Part shown: in pieces, positions 1 through 12,459 of the stretch
How the letters are laid out: every line of letters starts with the position of its first letter
Numbering within the stretch: position 1 is the stretch's first letter
Source of the DNA: Octopus sinensis
Lineage: Eukaryota
NCBI RefSeq assembly: GCF_006345805.1
Contig: NC_042998.1
Location: 132,742,001 to 132,806,000, forward strand
Direction: 5' to 3'
Length of the DNA: 64,000 nucleotides
Notes under the pieces: generated by a model
Database searches by the model: none
What the model saw: the letters and a program-made list of their open reading frames with translations, nothing else
Told to the model about the DNA's origin: nothing
Program-made: the position numbers and the translations under genes

Positions 1-85
1 GTTTGGCAAGAGAGACCGATAGAATAAGTATCACATTTGAAATGGGTACGAGAGAAAAAGAGTGTATTTTAAATAGATATTGTAA

Positions 86-470
86 GCGTAGGAGTGGCCG
101 TGTGGGAAGTAGCTTGCTTAACAACCACATAGTTCCGGGTTCAGTTCCACTGCGTGGCACCTTGGGCAGGTGTCTTCTACTATAGCCTCGGGCCGACCAA
201 AGCCTTGTAGACGGAAAATGAAAGAAGCCCGTCGTATATATGTATATGTGTCTGTGTGTGCGTGTGTGTGTTTGTCTGTCTGTGTTTGTCCCCCCAACAT
301 CGCTTGACAACCGATGCTGGTGTGTTTACATCCCCGTAACTTAGCGGTTCGGCAAAAGGAGACTGATAGAATAAGTACTAGGCTTACAAAGAATAAGTCC
401 TGGCGTCGCTTTGCTCGAGTAAAGACGGTGCTCCAGCATGGCCACAGTAAAATGACTGAAACAAGTAAAA
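86..470 (+). mobile_element. tRNA-derived SINE, family A (near full length, internal TA/TG microsatellite)
   Basis: Pol III A-box-like GGAGTGGCCGTGTGG and B-box GGTTCAGTTCC, CORE-like CCTTGGGCAGGT, tail ending CAGCATGGCCACAGTAAAATGACTGAAACAAGTAAAA. The same sequence recurs many times in the window. Confidence 0.85.
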
Positions 471-521
471 TGGCTTTGTGTAAAATGAATGAGCGACAAT
501 AACTGAAGGTTTAGAATAATC

Positions 522-790
522 GCAGGCATGGGTGTGTGATTAAGACGTTCGCTTTTGTAGCCACGTGGTTTCGTGTTCATTCCGTCTGCAGGACATCTTC
601 AGCAAATTGTTTACTATCATAGCCTCGAGCCGACCAATGCCTTGTGAGTGAATTAGGTAGACGGAAACTATGTAGAAGCGTATCGACTGTGTGTGTGTGT
701 GTGTGTATGTGTGTGTGTGTGTTACATCACCACCGCTTCACAACCGTTTCCTTACACGTGGTCCGATGACTGAAGCAAGTGGAAGAGGAT
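522..790 (+). mobile_element. SINE family A, diverged and internally deleted copy
   Basis: Shares ATAGCCTCGAGCCGACCAATGCCTTGTGAGTG...GTAGACGGAAAC and the GATGACTGAAGCAAGT tail with 86..470. Confidence 0.7.
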
Positions 791-1090
791 GAAAGGACAA
801 AACTAAGCATAATCTGAAATAGTAAGTCTTCCTCGGGCGAACATTAAATCTAGAAATATTAGCATAACGGTAAACAAACAAAAAATGATTTGTGACGCTT
901 ATGTCTTTTCTCAGAGCATTTCTGCCGCCTCTACTTTGAGTTTACTACGTCCTCCAACTCCTTACGAACCCACACGACCAACTGAGACCACCAACGTTCT
1001 CCGACGAATTCCAAAGCCTAAATATCATTGTACTGAAGCGTCATATTTGATTCGATGACATACTGAAAATGTCATCAGCACTTAAAAGAG

Positions 1091-1128
<38 letters not shown>

Positions 1129-1335
1129 AGGGGGGGAGATAGATGGAGAAGGGGAAAGGGGAGGGAGGTAGATGGAGAAGGGGAAAGGGGAGTGAGAGAG
1201 ATGTGTGGAGTTTTAGTATGAAATACCATTTCATTGTTCTTTAACATCCGGGAATTTATTGCACAAATGTATGACGTTAAACAAGCAAAATGTGTCAAAT
1301 GAGTCACACCTAAGTAGATTGTCGACAATCAAAAA

Positions 1336-1374
<39 letters not shown>

Positions 1375-2150
1375 CAGCGTTGGTAGTAGTCGTTGTTGTA
1401 ATTGTTGTAGTATTTATTGATTTCGTCAAGCTTTAAAACTTTATAAATCTACAAATACGGAAGGTAGTTAAGTCGAGAGGTGATGTAACGAATGACGTAT
1501 GCAAAAAATATTTTTAGAAATTTCATATAAACATAAATCAACAATTACCTCTTCGTTGGAGAGGTTATTACTAGCAACATTCGAAGTAAAAAAAAAAAGG
1601 AGATAATTTCAAGAAATTAAGATTTAATTCCTCAAAAGTATAAATGCGTGTTTAGGGAAAGTCGTATCATTGTTTACGGGTTTAGATGTTTCCGCCTTAT
1701 TAGACCTCATCATCACAGTAATAGTCTTCTCAAGTCTGCTGTGAATAGTTGACAAGTTTTATATACAGAAAAATGTAATGAATACTTTGTAGCCAATATA
1801 ATTTGCATAATCAAAATATTTAGATAGCTCATTATATTTTAATCAAATAAATAATATAGAGTATTATCACATATATGACATTGTAAGCTGCAAAATTTCG
1901 ATCAGCATAGATAACCTAAACAATATTTTGACAAAAACTCCCTAGATGGGTGTTTAAAAAGTTAAAAGCAAATAAGGGCGATAATGCCATGAAATTCGAT
2001 TGATTGCAATTTTTCGACGCGGTTGATTATACAGCTTGGCACGGTTATGGATTTTCAAAGTCAACATGAACACACCGACACAAATTAAGACAATTGTAGT
2101 GAGAAAGGAATCACCGATTTCGGAACAGCACGAAGATTTCGTTTTTCTTC

Positions 2151-2181
<31 letters not shown>

Positions 2182-2314
2182 TCACTATTTCATTTCATAT
2201 TCAAATCAGAAATCAATTTCCTGTATAATAACGACGCTTTTGCTGCTCGACTTTGAGAATATATACTTACATAAATAAATTACGTGCACACACGCATCAG
2301 TGTATATATTTTTA

Positions 2315-2985
2315 AAGTTGTTTCAGTCCTAAGGCTGTGACCATACTGGGGCACCACTTTGAAGAATTTGTTGATCAAACTGACAACTGTACATTTTTTA
2401 AAGGTCTGCTTCTTATTCTATCGGCCTCTTTTACCGATCCGCTAAGTTGTGGGAAGTAAACAAACTAACAGCGGCTGTCACGTGGTAAGGGGACAGATAT
2501 AAAAACACGCACGCAGGCACACACACATATATGTAGTGTATTATATGATGTCATAGAACCATGTGGCTATCATAGAAAGCACTTCTAGCGGACTCGGCTA
2601 ACAGACCACACAGTGAACCAATACTGGGGAGTATAACGCAGAGTTCTATGCAGCTGAAATCCAGGAGATCCGAACGATGAAATTATTTCATGAGGGTTAA
2701 ACCATAAAAGTATTAGGAGGTATGAGAGGTGAATATATTTATTTAGTTACTTGTCATCCTTAGGGTTATGGACGTTTCGAAGCCATCATCATGTAGTAAT
2801 AATTTTGTATGGTTTATATATGTATGTATTTATTCGACGAGCGTCCACACAGCTTCCGGCTACTGAATTCACTCGCAAGGCATTCGCAAGGCATATCTTA
2901 CCCAAGATATCGTGCAGAGGCACTGAACATGAACTTACATCGTTCCGAAGCGAGCTTCTTAACCATATAGCTATGACTACGCCTG
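2315..2985 (-). mobile_element. SINE family A, diverged copy split by an unrelated insert (about 2540-2830)
   Basis: Reverse-complement tail at about 2315-2520 (GTTTCAGTC...TTATTCTATCGG...CGCTAAGTT) and head at about 2835-2985 (GAGCTTCTTAACCATATAGC). Confidence 0.6.
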
Positions 2986-2998
2986 TGTGTGTGTGTGT

Positions 2999-3064
<66 letters not shown>

Positions 3065-3097
3065 CGCGTGTGTGCGTGTGTGTGTATCTGTGTGTGA
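2984..3097. repeat. (TG)n microsatellite
   Basis: Directly visible. Confidence 0.95.
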
Positions 3098-3955
3098 CAG
3101 AGAGAAAAGAGTGTATAATACTATAACTTATAGTTACAGTATTACATAGATGTTTATGACTTTTCAGACACTTAATCTCCCAAGTGTTAATACACTTTAT
3201 GAAATCAGAAAGTAATGACTACTTAGAAAATTACAATTAATGAAACTGTAAAATTATGTAAAAGTTTATCTGTAGTATATACACAAACTCATGTATGAGC
3301 TGACGTATATATCCTTCGTGCAGAAGGCAGCCTAATGAAATCAGCTAATAAGATTAATCTGTGAATGTTTATTTTTTTCACTAAACCACCATGTGTTATT
3401 TATTCCCTTGATCGAGTTAAAATGTGGTAAATACGACAAAGACTAGAACATACAAAAGAAATATACCAGAGTTACCATTGTACATACCAAAATTAGATTC
3501 ATTCCACTTTGAATGCTCTCATTCAACTTTTATTCGTTTCAAATTTCGGAGTTGTCTCCCATATATTTCTTGAAAAGAATAGTCATTAACGCTATTGTTT
3601 GTTTGACTGTTTTTTTCATTATAGATGTAATCTTGATTTAATAAGCAATTTTCTTCCATACTGCATTTAGTATCTTAGCCTCCACCAACCCGCCCGCTTT
3701 AAGAATATGTTCTTCGTGTAAACGGCATCTCTAGGAAATTTTCTCAAGCTATTATTTTAAATTGCCTAGTCAATGGATGTTTTCTTTTGTCTTTTTTTTC
3801 TGTGTGTGAGAGTTTTTCTTTCTTTAAAACCTATATATTACTCAGTCATTCTGTTCTAAGGTCTCGTAATAGAAATAAGCCTATGCTACTTTGGGGAGGT
3901 CTAATTTCACTAGAACATATCTGATATCATTACTGCATTAATATGCGTGTATATA

Positions 3956-4353
3956 AAGGCGGCGAGCTGGCAGAAACGTTAGCGCACCGGGCGAAATGCT
4001 TATCGGTATTTCATCTGCCGCTACGTTCTGAGTTCAAATTCCGCCGAGGTCGACTTTGCCTTTCATCCTTTCGGGGTCGATTAAAGAAGTACCAGTTACA
4101 CATTGGGGTCGATGTAATCGACTTAATCCGTTTGTCCTTGTTTGTCCTCTCTGTGTTTAGCCCCTTGTGGGTAGTAAAGAAATAGGTATTTCGTCTGTCT
4201 TTACGTTCTGAGTTCAAATTCCGCCGAGGTTAACTTTGCCTTTCATCTTTTCGGGGTTCGATAAATTAAGTACCAGTTTCCTACTGGGGTTGATTTAATC
4301 GACTGGTCTCCTCCCCCCAAAAAGTTCGGGCCTTGTGCTGAGAGTAGAACAGG
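3956..4353 (+). mobile_element. tRNA-derived SINE family B dimer (Tx1-type-tail unit followed by the alternative-tail unit)
   Basis: One head GGCGGCGAGCTGGCAGAA and two bodies GAGTTCAAATTCCGCCGAGGT..CTTTGCCTTTCATC..TTCGGGGTCGAT (resembles the MetaSINE central domain, from memory). Flanked by a 15-bp TSD ATATGCGT(G/A)TATATA at 3941-3955 and 4354-4368. Confidence 0.9.
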
Positions 4354-5092
4354 ATATGCGTATATATACATACACATTAAAACAAACTTACATAGACGAC
4401 ATACATAGGTAACTACCTAGATGATGTTATCTTTATTGCATAAAGAGAAGCTTGTTTCTGGGTTAGAATCCAACTCCTCTATTTGAAAGAGATTTGGGAA
4501 ATATAACGAGAATAACATACGTACCTGCATGCATACATACATACATACATACATACATACATACATACATACATACATACATACATACATACGCACAGAC
4601 AGACAGAGAAATAGAGAAACAAGCAAACCGACAGACAGGCAGGCAGGTAGGGTAGTCAGACAAACAAACAAACAGACAGACAGGCAGGCAGGTGGGGTAG
4701 GCAGACAAATAGGCAGGCTAATAGAAAGATATACACATACATGCATATGTGGGAGCTAACAGTCTTCTTTGAAAGAAGGAGATTACGAGTTCGCGTCTCG
4801 TTCCTGTGATCAGTTAGCTGAATACCCCTTTTACATTCCAAGGAATATTGATGAAACATTCTTACCAAGGATTGTATTTTGCTGTGTAGCTAGCACTGGG
4901 AGTATTTTCATCCAATATCAAAAAAGGAACCTGCCTCAAAGGGCCTATAAACGTTATAGACGCTACCCCTTCTGCCAGAAATACAGAAGGACGATCTGAA
5001 GTTGACCTGAAGTAAAGAGGGCAAGTCATTGAAGATATCGCGAATGGATCCGAAAAGACTTTGATTAACATAACCAATTGATTTATTTACAG

Positions 5093-5293
5093 CAGTGCTT
5101 TTCAAACTTTTTGCTGGAGCGGAACCCCAAGGAAACGTTCCACTGGCTCGAGGAACCCCTGTGCAATAATTTAATAGTCTTATGCACACATATCTGCACA
5201 GGCGACTTTAAAATTACTTCCGATTTTAGCAGTTTTGTAACTTCTTGCGGAACCCCTGCACTGTACTGGCGGAACCCTGGTTGAAAACCACTG
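5093..5293. mobile_element. hAT (Charlie-like) MITE, intact, 201 bp
   Basis: TIRs CAGTGCTTTTCAA / TTGAAAACCACTG and a perfect 8-bp TSD ATTTACAG at 5085-5092 and 5294-5301. Confidence 0.92.
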
Positions 5294-5889
5294 ATTTACA
5301 GAATGATTAATCAAACAATAGATTATTTAATTGGCTACATAGTTAGCCAAGTAACAAATAATAAATAAGTGAAATAGAAACAGTACGTGTGTTTATTACT
5401 GGCATATTGACCCTCCCAAGACTCAACAAAATCAGTATACGAGATTACATAAAGACTGGCAAACCAAATTCAAAAACAATAAGCTGTTCTCAAACTTACA
5501 AATAATCTATACGAGTTCACGTGTATAGCCACAATTATTATCTCGCTTAGTTTTCTTAAAACCTTGAAAAGATCTGGATTTTCAGGCAGAGATACTAACC
5601 TGTATTCAGCAAATTTAACCCGTGAGCTAGCTGAAGTGAAAATATGCAAGATTAGAAGTTATAAATTATTTATTGGTGCTATCTAATTTCTAAAGATGGA
5701 GCTTTCTTTCTTTGTGAATAACCACTCCTTTTTTCATAAAATTTCTTTCATCTCTATCTACCCGTATCTACCCGTTTGTCGCTCTCCTTCTTCCTATCTC
5801 TTTTATCGGCCTTCTCCCTATTTCTTTTGTTACATTTTCTTAGATCTTGTCGCTTACTTTTCTCTTTCTCTTTTACTATCCCATATTCA

Positions 5890-5893
5890 AATC

Positions 5894-5931
<38 letters not shown>

Positions 5932-6093
5932 TGCTCTCTTTCTCATACACTTTCTCACAGCTTCTCTCCCACTCGGCTCCATATGTAACCAAATTTTAAT
6001 CTCTCCCACCGCTCTCTACTTGCCTCTTATAAACAATTTTTTCTTGAACCATTCTTCCAACTTTCTCTCCCACTCTGTCTGTCTCTGCCTCTT

Positions 6094-6178
<85 letters not shown>

Positions 6179-6745
6179 TCATACACTCATTCCCTTTTTC
6201 ATTCACACCATCTCACCAACTCATGTTTTCACCTTTACACTCACTCATTTATTCCCTCACTAACATAGACACTCACTCACTCCTTCACTCATGTAATTCC
6301 CTCAATTGCACATTTCTTACAGTTATTCACTAACGCACACGCACAAACACACTCCACGCACGTTCAGTCCTCACTCACTTACAAAGCCTTACCTTCTCGC
6401 TTTCAAATCCAACTTCCACCTCACTCACAAACGACCTCTACTCACTCTTTCACTCACTCACTCACGAGTTTCACTTAGAAAACCAACTTACCACAAACTT
6501 ACCCTCTCACTCACAAACCATATCTTCTCACTGTCTCTTTAGCTCACGCACAAGTTTCACTCACAAACCTAACTCTCTCACTCACTCACTCACTCACAAA
6601 TTCATCCGTCACTAACAAACTTCTCTATCTCACTCACAGAATTCACGCTCTCACTCACACAATCAATCAATCAATCACTCACAAACATATTCACATGTTC
6701 ACAAGCTCACTCACGTGCCCACACTCATTCGCTCACATACATATG

Positions 6746-6800
<55 letters not shown>

Positions 6801-6802
6801 AG

Positions 6803-6836
<34 letters not shown>

Positions 6837-6930
6837 ATGCACACATGCAATGATGCGCCCACTCATTCGCTCACACGTTTACATATACATCCTCACACTC
6901 ACTCACTCACTCACTGACTCACTCACTCAT
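5890..6930. repeat. Low-complexity block: (CT)n, (TA)n, degenerate (TCAC)n, (CA)n
   Basis: Directly visible; strong pyrimidine and C/A strand skew. Confidence 0.85.
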
Positions 6931-7954
6931 AGTCTATCTGTCTATCCTATGACGTTCGCTTCTTCCACCACAGACATCTCCCTCCGCCCACCCTCTTTTG
7001 CATTACCTCCCCTTATTCCTTCTTCACAAATACCACCACCACCACCACCACCACCCTCTACCCCATCAGACAAACATAAACACTGATATCGCCAAGCGTT
7101 CCGGTCGTTTTGCTTTTTAAACTATTTCGCTTCCTTTCTTTCTTTTTACTTTTCTTGTTTTTTTTATTTATTTATTTTTTTTTTTCATATTATTTATTTA
7201 TTTATTTTATATCTGTTTTCACCTTTGAAGTGTTTTTGCTTCGTTTTTTGTTTCGTTATATATATATTTCTTTATTGCTCTTTTTTTTTGTTTTGTTTTG
7301 TTTCGTTTTGTTATTTCTTATGTTCTCCTAAAAATAACTCAGAATTCACCGAGGTTATTCGGTGCAAAACTTAGCAGGCCCCACTCCCTCACTTTCTCTA
7401 CATGCTCAGTATATCTCATTTTTTTCTCGTTCCTGCTGTGTTAGGCTTTTTTCTTCTCTGTTTCTCTCACATTGTCTCTCTATCTCACGTTCTATCTCTC
7501 TCTCTCTCTATCCCTCTCTCTCTCTCCACCCCTCTCTCTCTCTCTCTCTCTGAATATACATCTGTCTATATAGTCAGTCTATCTATTTCTCTGTAATATA
7601 TGTCAGTCTATTTCACTGTTTCTCTATTTATTACCAGCTAGGGTGTCTCTTCTCTCATATTCATTTCAGATTATCTATCAGTTTATCTACTATCTTATTC
7701 TCTCTCTCTCGATATATACTTGTGTGTGTGTGTGAATGCCGATTTGTTTACACAGATGGTGCCCCAGCCTGACCATAGTCCAATGACTGAATCCTCACCC
7801 ACTTCCAATATATATATATGCATGTGTATGTATATAAAACATACACTCACACACACACACATATATATAAACACAGTCATTAGACTGCGGCCATGCTGCT
7901 ACGTATGTGTGTGTGTATCTATCTATCTGAACCGGCAGTAAATTACTTTTGCAG

Positions 7955-8040
<86 letters not shown>

Positions 8041-8044
8041 GCTG

Positions 8045-8102
<58 letters not shown>

Positions 8103-8110
8103 ATCTATCT

Positions 8111-8185
<75 letters not shown>

Positions 8186-8217
8186 TATATATATATATGT
8201 ATGTATATATATATATA
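7955..8217. repeat. (TATC)n plus (TA)n microsatellite
   Basis: Directly visible. Confidence 0.95.
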
Positions 8218-8311
8218 AACACAGTCATTAGACTGCAGCCATGCTGCTACATGTGTGTGTGTGTGTGTGTGTGTGAGTCAGTGTGTGTGTAGCTATATAA
8301 TATATATATAT

Positions 8312-8530
8312 ATAGTTCAAATTTACAAAGAAAAAAGCAAAAGACGAAGACAGGTGTAGGAACAACAAGGTGTATTAGTTTAACGCTAAGGGACAAATGA
8401 AAAAGTATTTTACGTTTTGAGCCTACGCTCTTCAACTAAAAGGAATACGAGGTAAAAGATGGAGAGAGAACGAAAAAAACGAGAGAGAAAAAAAACTGTG
8501 TAGTGTTCAGCAGTCCAACATAGCGGGATG
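8312..8530 (-). mobile_element. Probable Penelope-like element terminal-repeat fragment with a decayed hammerhead motif
   Basis: Minus strand 8436-8408 reads (G)TTGAAGAGCGTAGGCTCAAAACGTAAAA, two substitutions from a minimal hammerhead CTGAAGA-GC..GCTC-GAAA-CG-TA. Confidence 0.45.
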
Positions 8531-8559
8531 ACTGTATATATATAAACTTAGATATGTTT

Positions 8560-9330
8560 CGACCAAAGATTGGTCCAGGCCATGTCTAACTTTATAGCAC
8601 CACCGTATAGGATTATCAAAATCCTTTTAAAGTCAAGATTTGTGGTATCATGATCCGTTCGAGTAAGGAGTTCTTGTTGGGTGAGATGTATCAAGGTATG
8701 AGCGGCTTATCTGGTATTCTTGAAGAAATCTGTCCAGATTCCGTTTGAAGTTAATGGGATCCTCTTTGATTTGTTTTGGGACAATGTTAAATAGGGCAGG
8801 GCCTGTTGAGGAAAAGAAATATGTTGCAGTGTATATATGTGTTGTGATCTTGAATTGGCTAGGGTACGTATGGGCCCGTGGTTTTAGCCGTGGATGAATT
8901 TTGAAGGTAATGTTGAGGTCGTTTGGGCAATGCTGGTGGTATATTCTCCACATCGTGCAAATGATGCATCGCTCACGGCGACGGTGGAGAGAATGCTTTA
9001 AGGCGGTCCCATTAATCGAGATCAGTCATACCCTTAATTCTTTTAGTGAATGACTTCTAGGGTGATTCAATTTTTGAGATGTTTTGTTTTGTATGGGGAG
9101 ACCACAGAGAGCAGCAGTATTCGAAGTATGGCTGTACAAAGGAGGAGAAAAGGGGTATGATGCTACCTTGTTCTCTGGACCAGAAGGTTCTTAGGATCCG
9201 GGAGCTCATCCTACGAGCTATATTGACCTTATTGTTGATGTGGGCACTCCAACTAAGATTCTTATCAACAATTATTCCTAGCTCTCTGATATTATTAGAT
9301 GCTATGGGAGGTTCCCCTGAAGAAAGTGAG
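8560..9330 (-). pseudogene. CR1-group LINE 3' fragment (RT C-terminal region), decayed
   Basis: Minus-strand translation GIIVDKNLSWSAHINNKVNIARRMSSRILRTF...FVQPYFEYCCSLWSPH..., then RRRER-like and GPALFNIVP..IK...FKRNLDRFL motifs typical of CR1/L2-group ORF2 ends. Confidence 0.75.
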
Positions 9331-9336
9331 TATGGA

Positions 9337-9403
<67 letters not shown>

Positions 9404-9424
9404 GATATATATATATATATATAT

Positions 9425-9462
<38 letters not shown>

Positions 9463-9624
9463 CCCCCTTAATGTAGTGACTCTGAGTACAGGACCATTGA
9501 ATACCGGAGGGAAGAGAAATTTCTATGTATTTGAAAGATATACCCGCTGATGGCGACACATATGTGTGTGTGTGTGTGTGTGTGTTTTCATACACTCTCA
9601 TTACATATAAGTGGGTGTAGGTGT

Positions 9625-9890
9625 ATAATTGACAATCGCTTCCCAATAATGAGATTTGGGTTTCGATTCCGGTGAGAGCAAATATCATTTTCTATAGCCA
9701 TACCAAGTGAGTGAACCAACTGAGTAAACGGAGAGAGTACAGAAGGTTGTCGGGTGGTTTGCTTCTGTAATTCAAGAAATACAGCCCTGTCACACGCTGT
9801 GTCACACTGTATCGCGCCGTGTGACACTGATTCTAGTTGATAATTGCATTAAAGTTATACGTCTGTCGAATGCTCAGTAAATTAGGAGTA
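9625..9890 (+). mobile_element. SINE family C, diverged copy
   Basis: B-box GTTTCGATTCC and GTCACACGCTGTGTCACACTG shared with 50090..50405. Confidence 0.55.
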
Positions 9891-10467
9891 GGTAATTCAG
9901 CTGTTACAGAAGAAAGGGTACATTTTTTAAAAATCGTCAAATTTAGTTCGAACACTCTTTAAATATACTTATAGTTGCTTAACTACTATGCTAGAAGCAG
10001 ACTGGATGATGATAATCTATGTGGAACACTAAACTCAGAAGCAGCTATCTGTACACACACGTGTGTGTGTGTGTTTGGCTACGTGTTGGTGCGCCATTAT
10101 TCATTTCCACGCATTCAACGTATCGTGAGTTTCATCTCAAGTTAAATTATTAGTAGTCCTAACCTATAACAATGTCAAAACCATTTCTATTATCCTGAGA
10201 TATGTTAAAACCTTGAAAGATTTTATTACACTTGTGAAGGTCGCTACACTGTTGCCTGTTGTCCATGATGTTAGTCTTTTGAACAGAGTTGCAAATATTT
10301 TAAAGGTAAGCCATTTCGTGTAAAGGTAACATGAGCAAGTGTCATTAAATTGCTTAGGGCAGCTGGCAGGTCTAATGTAAATATATTCTTTCTTCTACTT
10401 TCTGGCAGTAACTGAATTTCTAGTGTCCTTAAGCAAAAACATTATTATAAATGATGTATTATTATTA

Positions 10468-10990
10468 TGTTTTCCTTCTTTCTTCAAATTTTCTTCCGTT
10501 TCTCGCCGAGTGTTTTCCATACACCTAGGGCAGAGAAGCTCATTATATGCATTCCCAAATTACACGCGCAAATTCACAGGTTAAATATGTATTTAAAAAT
10601 TAATAAATAAATAAATTCATGGATGGATGTTGTTTTCACAGCGATAATGCTCTTCTCAGTACATGAGCCGTTCCAGTTAATACGATTTTTTGCACTTCCT
10701 GTAGGGGTGGTAAGCCTGGTATCATTTTCAAATAGGTTTCAGTACCTTTTTTTATCATTCCTAGAGATCCTACAATCACTGGTACTGTAGTCGCCTTGAG
10801 ATGCCACCTTTTTTCAATTTCTATGAGCAAGTCTTCATATTTACTTATCTTGTCAAATTCTTTCGCCGCTATATTGTGATCGCAAGGAATACTCATGTCA
10901 ATTAATAAACACATCTTTTTTGTTTGATCTTTTATAATAATATCCGGTTTATTAGCTTTTATAGTTTTGTCGGTATGTACGGGGAAGTCA
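10468..10990 (-). mobile_element. R4/Dong-clade LINE, 5'-truncated (endonuclease C-terminus plus 3' UTR)
   Basis: ORF 10636..10914 CLLIDMSIPC...K..KYEDL...VPVIVGSLG is highly similar to the end of the 12460..15750 element, with a similar 3' UTR. (ATT)n on both sides. Confidence 0.9.
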
Positions 10991-11005
10991 CTATTATTAT
11001 TATTA

Positions 11006-11058
<53 letters not shown>

Positions 11059-11059
<1 letters not shown>

Positions 11060-11455
11060 GACGTTTGGTAGTTTCAGACAAACTTCTACTGCATCACCTG
11101 CTACACTTCCTTATTGCTGGGGTATATGCAGCATCGTGTGTTATTTTTTTATTGTTGAGAGTGTTCAAATTTTTCCTGGTATTATATTGCGTCAGTTTCT
11201 TTTTTGTAGGGTTGTAATGCACTCTTTTGTTGTATTAGTGTTTGCATTGTGTGTTGTGAGAGTAATACGTTAGGTAATTGGCCTGCTGGTAGTCGTTTAT
11301 TTCATTGGATATTTGCTATATAGACTGTGTCTTGGGTATGTGGATTGTTTTGTTTAGGTTGTATTATTGAATTGACAGTGTCATGCGTAGGATGTAAGCT
11401 GTTCCTAGCAGAGCTATTTCTTTGATAGTGTGTAGCGTTGAGGATCCAATATTAT
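11059..11455 (-). mobile_element. R4/Dong-clade LINE extreme 3' fragment, distinct 3' UTR
   Basis: Minus strand encodes TLHTIKEIALLGTAYILRMTLSIQ*, homologous to VQKIVLTGTAHVLRRALS*. The 3' end abuts (TAA)n. Confidence 0.75.
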
Positions 11456-11458
11456 TAA

Positions 11459-11670
11459 AGTAGCGAACTGGCAGAATCATTAGCACGCTGGACGAAATGC
11501 TTAGCGGCATTTCGCCCTTCGCTACGCTCTGAGTTCAAATTCCGCCGAGGTAGACTTTGCCTTTCATCAATTCGGAGTCGATAAATTATCAGTGAAACAC
11601 TGGGGTCAATGTAATCGACTAGTTCCCTCCCCCAAAATTTCAGGCCTTGTGTCTTTAGTAGAAACGATTA
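11459..11670 (+). mobile_element. SINE family B, alternative tail running into (ATT)n
   Basis: Head GCGAACTGGCAGAATCATTAGC, B-box GAGTTCAAATTCC, tail CCCCAAAATTTCAGGCCTTGTG..TAGTAGAAA, then (ATT)n to 11772. Confidence 0.85.
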
Positions 11671-11772
<102 letters not shown>

Positions 11773-12442
11773 TCTTTTTAGCACAGGTTTTGTTGGAACT
11801 CCTGGAGCCATACATGCGTAGCAGGATTGCAACCTGCAGCCTATGGTACCATGCCATCTATTCTTTTCAAGTATCTAATACTTTTCTGATTACTCTGGCC
11901 TTGCCAAGGAGGCAAACCTTTTGTAACAGTTCTACAGGGCACTCTATTCCAGTTTCCTTTATATTCCCCTTGATAGCTTCTGATACTGTTCCCAAGGACA
12001 CAACAATAATTGGCACTATCTTCACCTTCTTCATTTTCCATAGCCGAACTATTTTGTACTTAAGAGGGTTGTATTTGTCTATCTTTTCGCCTTACTTCTT
12101 GACTATTCGTGAGTCAATGAGGCATGCAGCATCAACTATATAGCATATATGGTGCACCTTTTCCATCACCACTAGGTCCGATCTGTCATGCTTTAGCACC
12201 TGATCTGTTTGGATTGGGGAATCCCAGAGTATTTTGCAAATCTCCGACTGCCACCCTCTACAGTTTGTGCTCATACCACGTCTTGCCTCTCTCTAGCCCA
12301 CCCTTTTCGCACAGTTTCCAATGTAGCGCTTTCGCTACATGGTCGTGTTACCACAACTTGTAGTGTTTGGGTAAAGTCTAGGGTATTCGCTCGTGATATG
12401 GGCAATGGTTTCATCCACTCTATTGCAGATGCAGCACAGCAG
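11773..12442 (-). mobile_element. R4/Dong-clade LINE 3' fragment, distinct subfamily, decayed
   Basis: KILWDSPIQTDQVLKHDRSDLVV...YIVDAAC (ORF 12092..12274) and LQKVCLLGKARVIRKVLDT*. (ATT)n on both sides. Confidence 0.8.
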
Positions 12443-12459
12443 ATATTATTATTATTATT

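Noticed and set aside
4760-5080. Possible decayed LINE APE endonuclease (SDR...EGVA motif); a similar weak signal near 39900-40300
   Set aside because: Single weak motifs that I cannot support without a translated search.
6120-6175. Recurrent TT/AA phase flips inside (TA)n tracts across the window
   Set aside because: Single-base indels in long TA runs are a common consensus error or slippage product; not interpretable without reads.
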